From Rhodospirillaceae bacterium (lineage in GTDB: Bacteria > Pseudomonadota > Alphaproteobacteria > Rhodospirillales > Rhodospirillaceae): 57,412 nucleotides of DNA. The notes under the pieces are model-generated. The model searched no databases. It had not been told where the DNA came from and worked only from the letters and a program-made list of their open reading frames with translations. The stretch lies in the NCBI GenBank assembly GCA_009773045.1, contig WOUV01000001.1:1-57412 (forward strand), given 5' to 3'. The translations under genes and the position numbers were made by a program. This document shows positions 19,237 to 29,158 of this stretch, piece by piece. How positions within the stretch are numbered: position 1 is the stretch's first letter; each line of letters starts with the position of its first letter.

Positions 19237-19526
19237 GAGCCTGGCACTAATTCTCTTGGCGGCAGACAGATTTCACGATAGATTGCCATTTTCTAATTCA
19301 TTGGCCGTCCGAGACAAGGGGATTGAACGAACAACAGAAACAAAAAAATACGAAAATAGAGATGAAGACAAAGGGAAATTGGCCATGATATAAATCATGG
19401 GGGGGGCAGAATCGATGACAAAGGTCAAGAAAAGGGGCTGCCGAGGGAAAAAGCATTTTCGCCTGTTCCCGTCGTGGGCCATGATGGCGACGAGGGGGGG
19501 GAGTGTGTGTGCATAGGGAGGACTAG

Positions 19527-20015
19527 ATGTCAGAGAACGCCAAAAGCATGTCGATCATTGTGACCAAGGGCACACTGGACTGGGCGTATCCTCCGTTCAT
19601 TCTGGCGACCACGGGCGCCAGCATGGGGCTTAATGTCACGTTGTTTTTCACCTTTTACGGATTGGCTTTGTGCAAGAAAAAACTTGACTTGAAAGTCACC
19701 ACCCTTGGCAATGCCGCCATGGAAATGCCGATAATGGGCATGCATCTTGCCATGCCCAATATGGTGGGCATGTTGCCGGGGATTGATGGCTTCGCCACGG
19801 CCATGATGAAGGATCTCATCAAGAAAAAAGGGGTGGCCTCCATCGAGGAACTGCGGGAACTGGCCAAGGAGGCCGAGGTGCGCATGATCGCCTGCCAGAT
19901 GACCATGGATCTGTTCGAGTACAAACAGGCGGACATGATGGACGGGATCGAATACGCCGGCGCGGCCACGTATATTGAAACCGCCACCAAATGCGACATC
20001 AATCTGTTCATTTGA
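19527..20015 (+). CDS. DsrE/DsrF-like sulfur-relay family protein (DsrE2/3-like)
   Basis: 162-aa ORF (SIIVTKGTLDWAYPPFILATTGASMGLNVTLFFTFYGL, conserved Cys in MIACQMTMDLF). The next gene is tusA. Confidence 0.7.
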   Translation: MSENAKSMSIIVTKGTLDWAYPPFILATTGASMGLNVTLFFTFYGLALCKKKLDLKVTTLGNAAMEMPIMGMHLAMPNMVGMLPGIDGFATAMMKDLIKKKGVASIEELRELAKEAEVRMIACQMTMDLFEYKQADMMDGIEYAGAATYIETATKCDINLFI

Positions 20016-20108
20016 TCGGACGTGCGAAAAATCACGACGCTGTCGTGTCATGGGGACAGCGCCGACGTGTTTGTTGAACATCAACACTGAAACAAGGAGA
20101 AAGTATCA

Positions 20109-20339
20109 ATGAGCACAACCACCCTTCTCGACGTCAAGGGTCTGGGCTGCCCCCTGCCGATCCTGAAGGCGAAAAAAGCCATCAAGGACATCGCCATCAA
20201 CGATATCCTTGAGGTTCATGCCACCGATCCGGGATCTGTCAAGGATTTCGAGGCTTTTTGTCGTCAAACCGGCCACGAACTGGTGCAAAGTATCGAGGAA
20301 GGCGGCGTTTACAAGTATCACATCAAGCGCACGAGCTGA
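20109..20339 (+). CDS. tusA: TusA/SirA-family sulfurtransferase
   Basis: 76 aa with the diagnostic LDVKGLGCPLPILKAKKA (Cys-Pro-x-Pro) motif. Confidence 0.85.
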   Translation: MSTTTLLDVKGLGCPLPILKAKKAIKDIAINDILEVHATDPGSVKDFEAFCRQTGHELVQSIEEGGVYKYHIKRTS

Positions 20340-20464
20340 TGAGACGGTGCCGCGTAGCGAAACAGAACACGCCAGGGGCCACAAAGAAGACCGGGGAGAG
20401 GGTTGGTCTGGCGCTTGCGGGTAAAAATGAAACAGGACAACCAAGCTTACCTGAGCCTGGGGCG

Positions 20465-20872
20465 ATGATCCGTTCTTTTCTGCGACGGGTCGCGGGATGG
20501 AAACACATGGTGGTAGTAGGGGGACTCCTGATCGCTGGTGTGGGCGGCGCCTCCGGCGTCGCCCAAACGGCGGAACTGGTGATGTTTGAAAGCGCCGGCT
20601 GCGGCTAGTGCGCCAAATGGCGGCGGGAAATCGGCACGGTTTATTCCCGCACGCCGGAAGGGCAGCGGGTGCCGCTGCGGACGGTGCAGGGATTGGATGT
20701 GCTGGAGGATGATTTCGTTCTGGAAAAACCGGTTCATTTCACGCCAACGTTTGTCGTGATCGAGAACCGTCGGGAGGTTGGCCGGATCACCGGCTATCAT
20801 GGAGACGCCGCCTTCTGGGAAATGCTGGATTACATTCTCCTGACGCTGTCTTCTCCCACGGTAGGGAATTGA
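20465..20872 (+). pseudogene. membrane-anchored thioredoxin-fold protein interrupted by in-frame TAG inside the CxxC motif
   Basis: ORFs 20258-20608 and 20669-20872 are in the same frame. Joined they read MIRSFLRRVAGWKHMVVVGGLLIAGV...LVMFESAGCG*CAKWRREIGTVYSRTPEG...FTPTFVVIENRREVGRITGY. The TAG at 20606-20608 is the second x of C-G-x-C. Confidence 0.6.
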
Positions 20873-20957
20873 GGGGGGGGGGTGTGCGCCTTCACCCGTA
20901 ACAAAAACCACGATGCGGGGAAGGCTCGGCCTCCCCCACTGCCCCCTCGATTCTTTG
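20866..20957. repeat. MITE/REP-like palindromic element, family 1, shorter degenerate copy
   Basis: Shares the core gcgccttcacccgtaacaaaaacca (copy 1: gcgccttcccctgtaacaaaaacca). The right arm is ggcctcccccactgccccctcgattc and the left arm is the G-rich gaattgagggggggggtgt. The element fills the gap between the thioredoxin-like stop and the prpE stop. Confidence 0.6.
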
Positions 20958-22862
20958 TCAACGGGCCTGAGCGTAGCCTAGAAGGGTCAGGGTTTCCTTG
21001 ATTTCCTGCAAAATGGCAGGGTCGTCAATAGTCGCCGGCACCTTGCAGGGTTCGTTATCGGCGATCTTGCGCACCGTGCCGCGCAAAATCTTGCCCGAAC
21101 GGGTCTTGGGGAGTCGCTTGACGACGGCAGCCGTCTTGAAAGCGGCCACGGCCCCGATCTGCTCACGCACCATGACCACAAGCTCGGCGATGATGTGCGC
21201 CTCCGGCCGCACCACGCCGGCCTTCAGACAGACCAGCCCCAGGGGAATCTGACCTTTCAACGCATCGGCCACCCCCATTACGGCACATTCGGCGACATCA
21301 GGATGGGCGGCCAGCACCTCCTCCATGGCGCCGGTGGACAGGCGGTGTCCGGCGACATTGATGATGTCATCCGTTCGCGCCATGACGTAAACATGACCGT
21401 CGTCGTCGATATACCCGGCGTCGCCCGACTGGTAAAACCCGGGATAGGGATCAAGATACGATTGGCGATAGCGATCTTCCCGCTGCCACAGCGTCGCCAG
21501 ACTGCCCGGCGGCAAGGGCAGCCGACAGACGAGTGGGCCGTGATGGCCGGCGGGTGCGGGGTCGCCCGCCTCGTCCACGGCACACACATCCCACCCCGGC
21601 GCGGGCCGGCCCGCCGAACCGTACCGGATGGGAGAAGGGTGCAGCCCCAGGCAGGTGGCGGCGATGGCCCAGCCGGTTTCGGTCTGCCACCAGTGATCAA
21701 TGACCGGAGCGTTCAAATGCTGCTCGGCCCAGCGCAGGGTATCGGGATCGGAACGCTCCCCGGCCAGGAACAGGGCGCGGAACCCCGCCCCCGCGAGATC
21801 ATATTTTTTCAGAAAATCGGCGTTTGGATCTTCGCGCTTGATGGCGCGGAAAGCGGTTGGCGCGGTGAACAGCGTACCGATTCTGTGTTCGGTGATCATG
21901 CGCCAGAACGCCCCGGCATCGGGAGTTCCGACCGGCTTGCCCTCGTAAACGACCGTCGTGCAGCCCTGCAACAGCGGCGCATAAACGATATAGGAATGGC
22001 CCACCACCCACCCCACGTCGGAAGCGGCCCAGAACACGGCGCCCGGACGCACGTCATAGATGGCTGTCATGGTCCAGGCCAGGGCCACGGCATGGCCGCC
22101 ATTGTCGCGGACGATCCCCTTGGGATCGCCGGTGGTGCCGGAGGTATAAAGGATGTACAACGGGTCGGTCGCCGCCACCGGCACGCAGTCGGCAGGCTTG
22201 GCCGCGGCCATCACGGCCTCATAATCGCGGTCGCGCCCGGGCAGCAGAATCGCCTCGGCCTCCGGGCGACGGACGATGATGGTCCGTTCGGGCTTGTGGG
22301 TGGACAGGGCGATCGCCTGATCCAGAAGAGGTTTGTAGGGGATGACCCGCGCCGATTCGACGCCGCACGAGGCCGAAACGATGACCTTGGGTCGCGCATC
22401 GTTGATGCGGGTCGCAAGTTCGTTCGGCGCGAAGCCGCCGAAGACGACCGAATGCACCGCCCCGATTCGGGCGCAGGCCAGCATGGCGATCAAGGCTTCC
22501 GGAATCATCGGCATATAGATCACCACCCGGTCGCCCTTCGTCACGCCCTCCGCCGCCAGGGCGCCGGCCAGACGTGCGGTCAGGTCTTGCAATTGCGCAT
22601 AGGTGATCGTGCGCTGATTCCCGGTGACCGGGCTGTCCCACAGGATGGCGTTCTGTCCGCCGCGGCCCGCCGCCACATGACGGTCAACGGCATTGTAGCA
22701 GGTGTTCATCACGCCCCCGCGGAACCAGCGGTAAAAAGGCGGACGGGAATCATCGAGAACCTTCTCCCATTTCTTGTCCCAGTGAATATTTTCGGCGACC
22801 TCCCCCCAGAATCCTTGCGGGTCGGAAAGAGAGCGCCGATAAGCCAGCTCGTAAGGATTCAT
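20958..22862 (-). CDS. prpE: propionate--CoA ligase (acyl-CoA synthetase family)
   Basis: 634 aa with end-to-end resemblance to PrpE (FWGEVAENIHW, PPFYRWFRGGVMNTCYNAVDRHV, YTSGTTGDPKG, WQTETGW, RTDDIINVAGHRL, LPKTRSGKILR). Confidence 0.8.
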   Translation of the reverse strand: MNPYELAYRRSLSDPQGFWGEVAENIHWDKKWEKVLDDSRPPFYRWFRGGVMNTCYNAVDRHVAAGRGGQNAILWDSPVTGNQRTITYAQLQDLTARLAGALAAEGVTKGDRVVIYMPMIPEALIAMLACARIGAVHSVVFGGFAPNELATRINDARPKVIVSASCGVESARVIPYKPLLDQAIALSTHKPERTIIVRRPEAEAILLPGRDRDYEAVMAAAKPADCVPVAATDPLYILYTSGTTGDPKGIVRDNGGHAVALAWTMTAIYDVRPGAVFWAASDVGWVVGHSYIVYAPLLQGCTTVVYEGKPVGTPDAGAFWRMITEHRIGTLFTAPTAFRAIKREDPNADFLKKYDLAGAGFRALFLAGERSDPDTLRWAEQHLNAPVIDHWWQTETGWAIAATCLGLHPSPIRYGSAGRPAPGWDVCAVDEAGDPAPAGHHGPLVCRLPLPPGSLATLWQREDRYRQSYLDPYPGFYQSGDAGYIDDDGHVYVMARTDDIINVAGHRLSTGAMEEVLAAHPDVAECAVMGVADALKGQIPLGLVCLKAGVVRPEAHIIAELVVMVREQIGAVAAFKTAAVVKRLPKTRSGKILRGTVRKIADNEPCKVPATIDDPAILQEIKETLTLLGYAQAR

Positions 22863-23086
22863 CTACCTATCCTTTTTTAAGCCTGTACCAGGGTGCGGCC
22901 AATCTACAGCCATCACGAAAAGGATTCATGGCAGATATGATTGCGGATGACTTTAGTGATACTCCACAGGAAGAAATTGAATATCCGGTGTGGAAAACAC
23001 ACGAACGATCCCTGCGAGAGTTCCTTTGGATGGGATCCCACAACAAGAAATCAGAACATGAGAGAGGCGCGCTCCCCCCTGCGTCC

Positions 23087-23821
23087 CTATTCCCGTCCGC
23101 CATAGGCCCGGACCACCTGGCCATGTTGGCGGCATTCGGGACTTGCGAGATCAAGAAAGGCCTCGGTCACGCTTTCCGGCGGCGGCAGGTGTTCCGGATC
23201 TTCGCCCGGAAAGGCTTGTGCGCGCATTCGGGTCCGCACGACCCCGGGGTCCAGAAGGTTGACCCGCATCCGGGTCTTGGTCACCTCTCCGGCATAGACC
23301 TTGACCATCATTTCCAGCGCCGCCTTCGATGTGGCATAGGCCCCCCAATAGGGGAAAATGTCAGAGGCAACGCCAGAGGTGACGAACACGGCCCGCCCCG
23401 CGTCGGACTGGCGCAACAAGGGATCGAAACTGCGCAGGAGATGAAAATTGGCCGTCACGTTGACCGCCATCACCTGATTCCAATCCTCGGGCGCGATGTG
23501 TTGCAGGGGGCTGAGGGGTCCCAACGCCGCCGCGTTGCCCACCAGCACATCCAGGCGGCCAAAACGGTGATAAACGGCCAGCGCAATCTGGTCGATCTTG
23601 GCATGATCGGCCAGATCCTGGGGCACGAGAACGGCATGATTGTCGCGTCCCAAGGCGCGAATCTCGTCATCCAGTTCCTCGAGCGCGCCCACTGTGCGGG
23701 CGATTGCGATCACCGTTGCCCCTTCCGCGGCGAAACGATACGCCACCGCCCGGCCAATGCCGCGCGAGGCGCCGGTGACAAGGGCGATGCGCCCTTCCAG
23801 ACGACCCGTCCAGGTACTCAT
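23087..23821 (-). CDS. SDR-family oxidoreductase
   Basis: TGASRGIG cofactor motif and YATSK catalytic motif. Its start overlaps the purF stop by 4 nt. Confidence 0.85.
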   Translation of the reverse strand: MSTWTGRLEGRIALVTGASRGIGRAVAYRFAAEGATVIAIARTVGALEELDDEIRALGRDNHAVLVPQDLADHAKIDQIALAVYHRFGRLDVLVGNAAALGPLSPLQHIAPEDWNQVMAVNVTANFHLLRSFDPLLRQSDAGRAVFVTSGVASDIFPYWGAYATSKAALEMMVKVYAGEVTKTRMRVNLLDPGVVRTRMRAQAFPGEDPEHLPPPESVTEAFLDLASPECRQHGQVVRAYGGRE

Positions 23822-25320
23822 CGGTGTAATGTCCTCCTCCCTTCGGCCAGCAACGACAACGGCGCCCGGGTATTCATGGTTTCCTGATCGGTGAGCGGTC
23901 CCGGATAAGCGCCGGTGAAGCAGGCGTCGCAGAACTGGGGCTGTTCGGGATGGCGCCCCGTTTCGCCCGTGGCCCGATACAAACCATCAAGGGAAATGAA
24001 TGCAAGAGAATCCACCCCCAGAATCGCCGCCATTTCCTTGACGTCATGACGGGCGGCCAGAAGTTTTTCACGGCTGGGAGTGTCGATACCGAAAAAACAG
24101 GGGTGCGCGGTCGGGGGCGAGGAAATGCGCATGTGCACCTCCACCGCTCCTGCCTGGCGCACCATGTCAACGATTTTCATGGATGTGGTTCCGCGCACGA
24201 TCGAATCATCAACCAGAACGACGCGCTTCCCATATAGGACGGCCTTGTTGGTGTTATGCTTGCGTTTCACCCCCAGATGGCGGGTGCGCTCGGTGGGCTG
24301 GATGAAGGTGCGCCCCACGTAATGATTGCGAATGATCCCATATTCGAACGGAATGGCGGATTCGCTGGCATAGCCCATGGCGGCAGGCACGCCGGAATCG
24401 GGCACCGGCACCACCACATCGGCCAGCACGTGGCTTTCCCGGGCCAGTTCCACACCGATTCGCTTGCGGACAGCGTAAACACTCAAACCCTCCACCACCG
24501 AATCCGGCCTGGAGAAATAAACATACTCGAAAATGCAGAACCGCCGCGGGTGGCGGGGAAAGGGCTTGATGGAGCGCACGCCCCGCGCGTCCACCACCAC
24601 CAGTTCTCCCGGTTCGATGTCGCGCACGAACTCGGCCCCGATGATATCCAGCGCGCAGGTTTCCGAGGTCAGGATATACGCCTTGCCCAGCCGCCCCAGC
24701 GCCAGGGGCCGGATTCCCAAGGGGTCACGCACCCCGATCAAGGCATCGTGCGTGAGGGCCACCAGGGAATAGGCCCCCTCCACCTGGCGCAACGCATCGA
24801 TCATCCGATCTTCGACGGAAGAATAGGTGCTGATGGCCATCAGGTGGATGATGACCTCGGTATCGGTGGTGGACTGGAACAGACACCCCCGCCGCACCAG
24901 CGCGCCATGCACGGTCATGGCGTTCGTCAGGTTGCCGTTGTGCCCGATGGCAAACCCGCCGAACGCAAAATCGGCGAACAAAGGCTGGACATTGCGCAGG
25001 ACTGTGGCGCCAGAAGTGGCGTAACGGACATGACCAACGGTCATGCTTCCCGGCAGACGATCGATGACCTCTTCGTTGAAATTCTCCGACACATGACCAA
25101 GACCACGGTGGGAATAGAACTGCCCGCCATCACAGCTCACGATTCCCGCCGCCTCCTGCCCCCGGTGCTGCAAGGCGTGCAGGCCAAGGCCGGTATGGGC
25201 GGCGGCATCGGGGTCCCCAAAAATGCCGAACACCCCGCATTCCTCGTGCAGGTGGTCTTCCGGGGGATCTTCGATCCCCAAAGAGGCGGCATCGAAGGGG
25301 TTTGTGGGAATGAGGGGCAT
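23818..25320 (-). CDS. purF: amidophosphoribosyltransferase
   Basis: Ntn-type ECGVFGIFG after a short propeptide, and the PRPP motif VVLVDDSIVRGTT. Start set at ATG 25320 (MPLIPTN...) because the longer ORF would overlap cvpA. Confidence 0.9.
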   Translation of the reverse strand: MPLIPTNPFDAASLGIEDPPEDHLHEECGVFGIFGDPDAAAHTGLGLHALQHRGQEAAGIVSCDGGQFYSHRGLGHVSENFNEEVIDRLPGSMTVGHVRYATSGATVLRNVQPLFADFAFGGFAIGHNGNLTNAMTVHGALVRRGCLFQSTTDTEVIIHLMAISTYSSVEDRMIDALRQVEGAYSLVALTHDALIGVRDPLGIRPLALGRLGKAYILTSETCALDIIGAEFVRDIEPGELVVVDARGVRSIKPFPRHPRRFCIFEYVYFSRPDSVVEGLSVYAVRKRIGVELARESHVLADVVVPVPDSGVPAAMGYASESAIPFEYGIIRNHYVGRTFIQPTERTRHLGVKRKHNTNKAVLYGKRVVLVDDSIVRGTTSMKIVDMVRQAGAVEVHMRISSPPTAHPCFFGIDTPSREKLLAARHDVKEMAAILGVDSLAFISLDGLYRATGETGRHPEQPQFCDACFTGAYPGPLTDQETMNTRAPLSLLAEGRRTLHR

Positions 25321-25348
25321 GGCCGTTCCTGCTACACGCATCCAGGGA

Positions 25349-26002
25349 TCAGGGGGAACGCGACGTGTTCTGAGCCTCTCGCGGACTCTGCGCACCCTGG
25401 GCGCCTTGGGCGCGCGGAACCGGATTGGCAAGCCGCTTGTAGGCTTCTTCGGTTTCCCGTATCTGGCGGACCCGCTCCGTGGCGGCATCGGTGGCGTTTT
25501 TGGCCTTGCCGACCAGTTCATCGGGCGCCAGCTGGCGGATCAGGGCGCTTCCTCGTTGCATCAGAACGAGGCTTCTTGCATTCTGCAACCAGGCGGGCCG
25601 GTCATCTGGTCGCACAAGGGCCTCTATCAACAGATAGGCAAGGGAAACCACGAGCGCACCCCTTGCAAGACCGAATAGAAAACCCAAGGCGCGATCAAAG
25701 GACCCGAACAGAGTCATTCGGATCGCACCCGCTACGGCATGGGACAGCATGGATAAGACCAAAAGCGCCGCCAGAAAAAGAACCACCACCGCCGCCGCAT
25801 CGGCCGCCCAGGGCACGGGAATGATGTTGCGGGCCAGCGGCCTGACCCATACGAAACCATACAGGGCGACGAAACCGGCCCCCACCCAGGCGGCAATGCC
25901 CAGAACTTCGTGGACGAAACCGCGTATGAAACCGATCAGCCCCGATAACAGCACGACAAGGGCCACCACCGCATCAAGCGTCGTGATCCCCTGACCGCTC
26001 AT
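25349..26002 (-). CDS. cvpA: CvpA-family membrane protein
   Basis: From the internal ATG at 26002 (MSGQGITTLDAVVALVVLLSGLIGFIRGF) the protein has four hydrophobic helices. It shows an ATGA overlap with the radA stop and the canonical position upstream of purF. Confidence 0.8.
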   Translation of the reverse strand: MSGQGITTLDAVVALVVLLSGLIGFIRGFVHEVLGIAAWVGAGFVALYGFVWVRPLARNIIPVPWAADAAAVVVLFLAALLVLSMLSHAVAGAIRMTLFGSFDRALGFLFGLARGALVVSLAYLLIEALVRPDDRPAWLQNARSLVLMQRGSALIRQLAPDELVGKAKNATDAATERVRQIRETEEAYKRLANPVPRAQGAQGAQSPREAQNTSRSP

Positions 26003-27375
26003 GACCCTGCCATCCGCCGGAAAGAATCGACCACCCCCTGCACGTGCCCCACCTCGCGGATCGCCAGCCCCCTTTCCCCCTTTCCCCCGGAACGGTGGGG
26101 CGGTGGGATCATGGCCTGAACGAATCCAAGTTTGACCGCTTCCTTCAGCCGGACATCCCGTTGCGCGACGGCGCGAACCTCGCCCGACAAACCGATCTCC
26201 CCGAAAACCACCATGTCCGCCGCCACTGCCATACCCGTTGCCGCAGACACGAGAGCGGTGGCCACGGCAAGATCCGCCGCGGGTTCGGTGATGCGCAATC
26301 CCCCGGCAACGTTCAAATAAACGTCCCGCGCGCCCAAAGCAAGACCGCAACGCGCCTCCAGCACGGCCAGCACCATGGCGAGGCGGTTACCATCCCACCC
26401 CACCACGGCCCGGCGCGGCGTGCCGGGCGTGCCCACCAGGGCCTGGATTTCCACCAGCACGGGCCGCGTGCCCTCGATGCCCGCAAAGACGCAGCTTCCC
26501 GCAACATTGCCCCGCCGTTCGGCCAGAAACAGGGCCGACGGATTGGCAACCTCCGTCAGGCCGGCGCCGGTCATCTCGAACACGCCGATTTCATTGGTCG
26601 GACCGAAGCGGTTTTTCATGGCCCGCAGAATGCGAAACGGGTGGCCGCGTTCGCCTTCGAAATACAAAACGGTATCGACCATGTGCTCCAGCACCCGGGG
26701 ACCGGCGATCATGCCTTCCTTGGTGACATGTCCCACCAGAAACAACACAAGCCCCCGTCGTTTGGCAAGACGGATCAGTTCGTGGGCGCTCGCGCGCACC
26801 TGGGCCACCGTTCCCGGCGCCGAGTCGAGGGTATCGACGAACATGGTCTGGATGGAATCGATCACCACCACCGTCGGAGGGACGGCAGTGTCCAGGGTGG
26901 CGAGGATGTCGCGCACACTGGTGGCCGTGGCGAGATCGACCTTGGTTTTGGCAAGGCCCAGCCGGACGGCCCGCAGCCGCACCTGGTCCACCGCCTCCTC
27001 GCCCGAAATGTAGATGGAACGGGCGGCGCCCGCCAGGGCAGCGCACGCCTGGAGCAACAGGGTAGACTTGCCGATGCCGGGGTCGCCCCCGACCAGCAGC
27101 GCCGATCCCCCCACCAGCCCGCCGCCGCACACCCGGTCGAGTTCGGCGATGCCGGTCGCGAGCCGGGCGGGCTGTTCGCTCGTGCCCGCAAGCCCGACGA
27201 ACACGACCCCCTGCCCCCCTTTTGCCGGGTCAAGCCCTTTGGGAGCGATGGCGGCCTTTGTTTCCTCCACAAGACTGTTCCAGCTTCCGCACCCCTCGCA
27301 TCGTCCGCCCCACCGGGCATGTGCCGTGCCGCAGGACTGGCAGACGAAAGCGGTGACGGCGCGCTTCATGGGCAC
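25999..27375 (-). CDS. radA: DNA repair protein RadA
   Basis: N-terminal zinc ribbon CQSCGTAHARWGGRCEGCGSWNS, Walker A GDPGIGKST, the KNRFG motif and a Lon-like C-terminal domain. Confidence 0.95.
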   Translation of the reverse strand: MPMKRAVTAFVCQSCGTAHARWGGRCEGCGSWNSLVEETKAAIAPKGLDPAKGGQGVVFVGLAGTSEQPARLATGIAELDRVCGGGLVGGSALLVGGDPGIGKSTLLLQACAALAGAARSIYISGEEAVDQVRLRAVRLGLAKTKVDLATATSVRDILATLDTAVPPTVVVIDSIQTMFVDTLDSAPGTVAQVRASAHELIRLAKRRGLVLFLVGHVTKEGMIAGPRVLEHMVDTVLYFEGERGHPFRILRAMKNRFGPTNEIGVFEMTGAGLTEVANPSALFLAERRGNVAGSCVFAGIEGTRPVLVEIQALVGTPGTPRRAVVGWDGNRLAMVLAVLEARCGLALGARDVYLNVAGGLRITEPAADLAVATALVSAATGMAVAADMVVFGEIGLSGEVRAVAQRDVRLKEAVKLGFVQAMIPPPHRSGGKGERGLAIREVGHVQGVVDSFRRMAGS

Positions 27376-27384
27376 ACCGCTCCC

Positions 27385-28068
27385 TCAGGCGCGCACCAGA
27401 TGGCCGGCCAGGAAGGCGGTGGTCCGTGACCAGGCTTCCTGCGCGCAGTCGGGGCGAAAATCTTCCCGCCGGTCACAGTTAAAGCCGTGTCCCGCCGCGT
27501 ACAAATGACACGTGACTTCCGGATGGGCCGCCATGATGGCGTCTTGATCGGCGGGGGGAATGATGGAATCATCCCGCCCGAAGTGCATCATGACCGGACA
27601 GAACGAATGCTCGTCAAGAAACTGGGCAATCTGCCCACCGTAATAGCACACGGCGGCCTGGAACGGCAGACGGCACGCCGAAAGCCATGCCAGGGACCCG
27701 CCCCAGCAGAAGCCCACCACCCCCACCGTGCGTTCGCCCCCTTCGGCGGCCACGTATTCGCGCGCGGCCTCGATATCGAGGAAGGGTTTTTCCCACCCCA
27801 AGGCCAGGCGGAGCGCCCGCCCCCGGGCCAGGTCCTCCGCGCCATAGTCCAAGGCGACGCCCCGTTCCAGCCGATCGAAAACGGCCGGGGCAATCGTTAC
27901 ATACCCTTCGTGCGCGAAACGATCGACAAGGGCGCGGATATGGCCGTTGACCCCAAAGACTTCCTGCATCACGACCAGACCGCCCCGCGAGGACCCGCCA
28001 CTCGGCCAGGCGACATAGGCCTCGAAAAGATGCTCGTCCCGTGCCGCAAGCGTGATGATTTCTCCCAT
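27385..28068 (-). CDS. dienelactone hydrolase family protein
   Basis: DLH-family layout with nucleophile motif GFCWGG and C-terminal HGF. Start taken at ATG 28068, preceded by GGAAGGAAAGG. Confidence 0.75.
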   Translation of the reverse strand: MGEIITLAARDEHLFEAYVAWPSGGSSRGGLVVMQEVFGVNGHIRALVDRFAHEGYVTIAPAVFDRLERGVALDYGAEDLARGRALRLALGWEKPFLDIEAAREYVAAEGGERTVGVVGFCWGGSLAWLSACRLPFQAAVCYYGGQIAQFLDEHSFCPVMMHFGRDDSIIPPADQDAIMAAHPEVTCHLYAAGHGFNCDRREDFRPDCAQEAWSRTTAFLAGHLVRA

Positions 28069-28244
28069 ACCGGCCTTTCCTTCCAAGATGTTCTCCCAAG
28101 GCGGGGTGTCCCCCCCCAGGACCGTGCCCAACCGGGCTATTGGCAAAACGGCGCTCCGTGCCGCACAATGATGATTGTCTCCATCGGCCAATGGCTGCCT
28201 CTGTCGGCCATAGTGCCCTATGAACGCCGAATCATGGATGTGTC

Positions 28245-29147
28245 ATGAATATGCCGCCTTTTGCCCCGGGGGTCATCGACATTCTGGTCCCGGCGGAACA
28301 AAAAATTCCGTTCGTCTTTGCCTCGCCCCATTCGGGGTCCAATTATCCTCCCGACTTCGTGCACGCCTCCGCCCTTGACCCGGCGAGTTTGCGCAAATCG
28401 GAAGACATCTATGTGGATCAGATTTTCGCCTTGGTTGTCGCGTGCGGCGCCCCACTGCTCCGCGCCCTGTTCCCGCGCGCCGTCCTTGATCCCAACCGCG
28501 AGCCGTATGAACTGGACCCGGCCATGTTCGAGGAGACTCTGCCCGCCTATGTCAACGCCCGCTCGCCACGGGTGGCCGCCGGACTGGGCACGATTGCCAA
28601 GGTCGTTGCCAACGGCGCCAGCATCTATGCCGGCAAACTGCGTTTTGCCGAGGCCGAACGGCGCATCAACACCTTTTATCACCCCTATCACCGGGCCTTG
28701 CGGCATTTGATCGAGACCACGCGGCAGCGCTTTGGCTGTTGCGTGGTGATCGATTGCCATTCGATGCCCTCCATCGGCGGCCCCATGGACGCCGACCCCG
28801 GATTGCAGCGGGTCGATTTCGTTCTGGGAGATTGTTTTAGCCTGAGCTGCGCCCGCGCCTTCACTGCGACCGCCGAGCGGACCTTGAAAGCGCAGGGTTA
28901 CCAGGTCACCCGCAACAGGCCGTATGCCGGAGGCTACACAACACGCCGGTATGGACAACCGATCCGACGCCAGCATGCCCTTCAGATAGAAATAAATCGA
29001 AAGTTGTATGTTGACGAAATGACTTACGCGCCCCTGCCGGAATTGGACCGTTTGAAACAAAACATCGCCGCTCTTGTCCAGGCGCTTGCGGCGGTTCCGG
29101 GGCAGGAACGGGTCTTATCGGCCCCCGTGCGCCGTGGCATGACATGA
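28245..29147 (+). CDS. N-formylglutamate amidohydrolase family protein
   Basis: FGase-family motifs (FVFASPHSGSNYPPDF, VVIDCHSMPS, ALQIEINRKLY). Confidence 0.75.
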   Translation: MNMPPFAPGVIDILVPAEQKIPFVFASPHSGSNYPPDFVHASALDPASLRKSEDIYVDQIFALVVACGAPLLRALFPRAVLDPNREPYELDPAMFEETLPAYVNARSPRVAAGLGTIAKVVANGASIYAGKLRFAEAERRINTFYHPYHRALRHLIETTRQRFGCCVVIDCHSMPSIGGPMDADPGLQRVDFVLGDCFSLSCARAFTATAERTLKAQGYQVTRNRPYAGGYTTRRYGQPIRRQHALQIEINRKLYVDEMTYAPLPELDRLKQNIAALVQALAAVPGQERVLSAPVRRGMT

Positions 29148-29158
29148 GGGCGGTTCCG

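Noticed and set aside
20606-20608. Recoding (pyrrolysine or selenocysteine) at the in-frame TAG of the thioredoxin-like gene.
   Set aside because: The codon is TAG, not TGA, and it occupies a non-Cys position of CxxC. No pyl genes or SECIS-like element are evident in the window, and bacteria of this type are not known Pyl users. A nonsense mutation or sequencing error is the simpler explanation.
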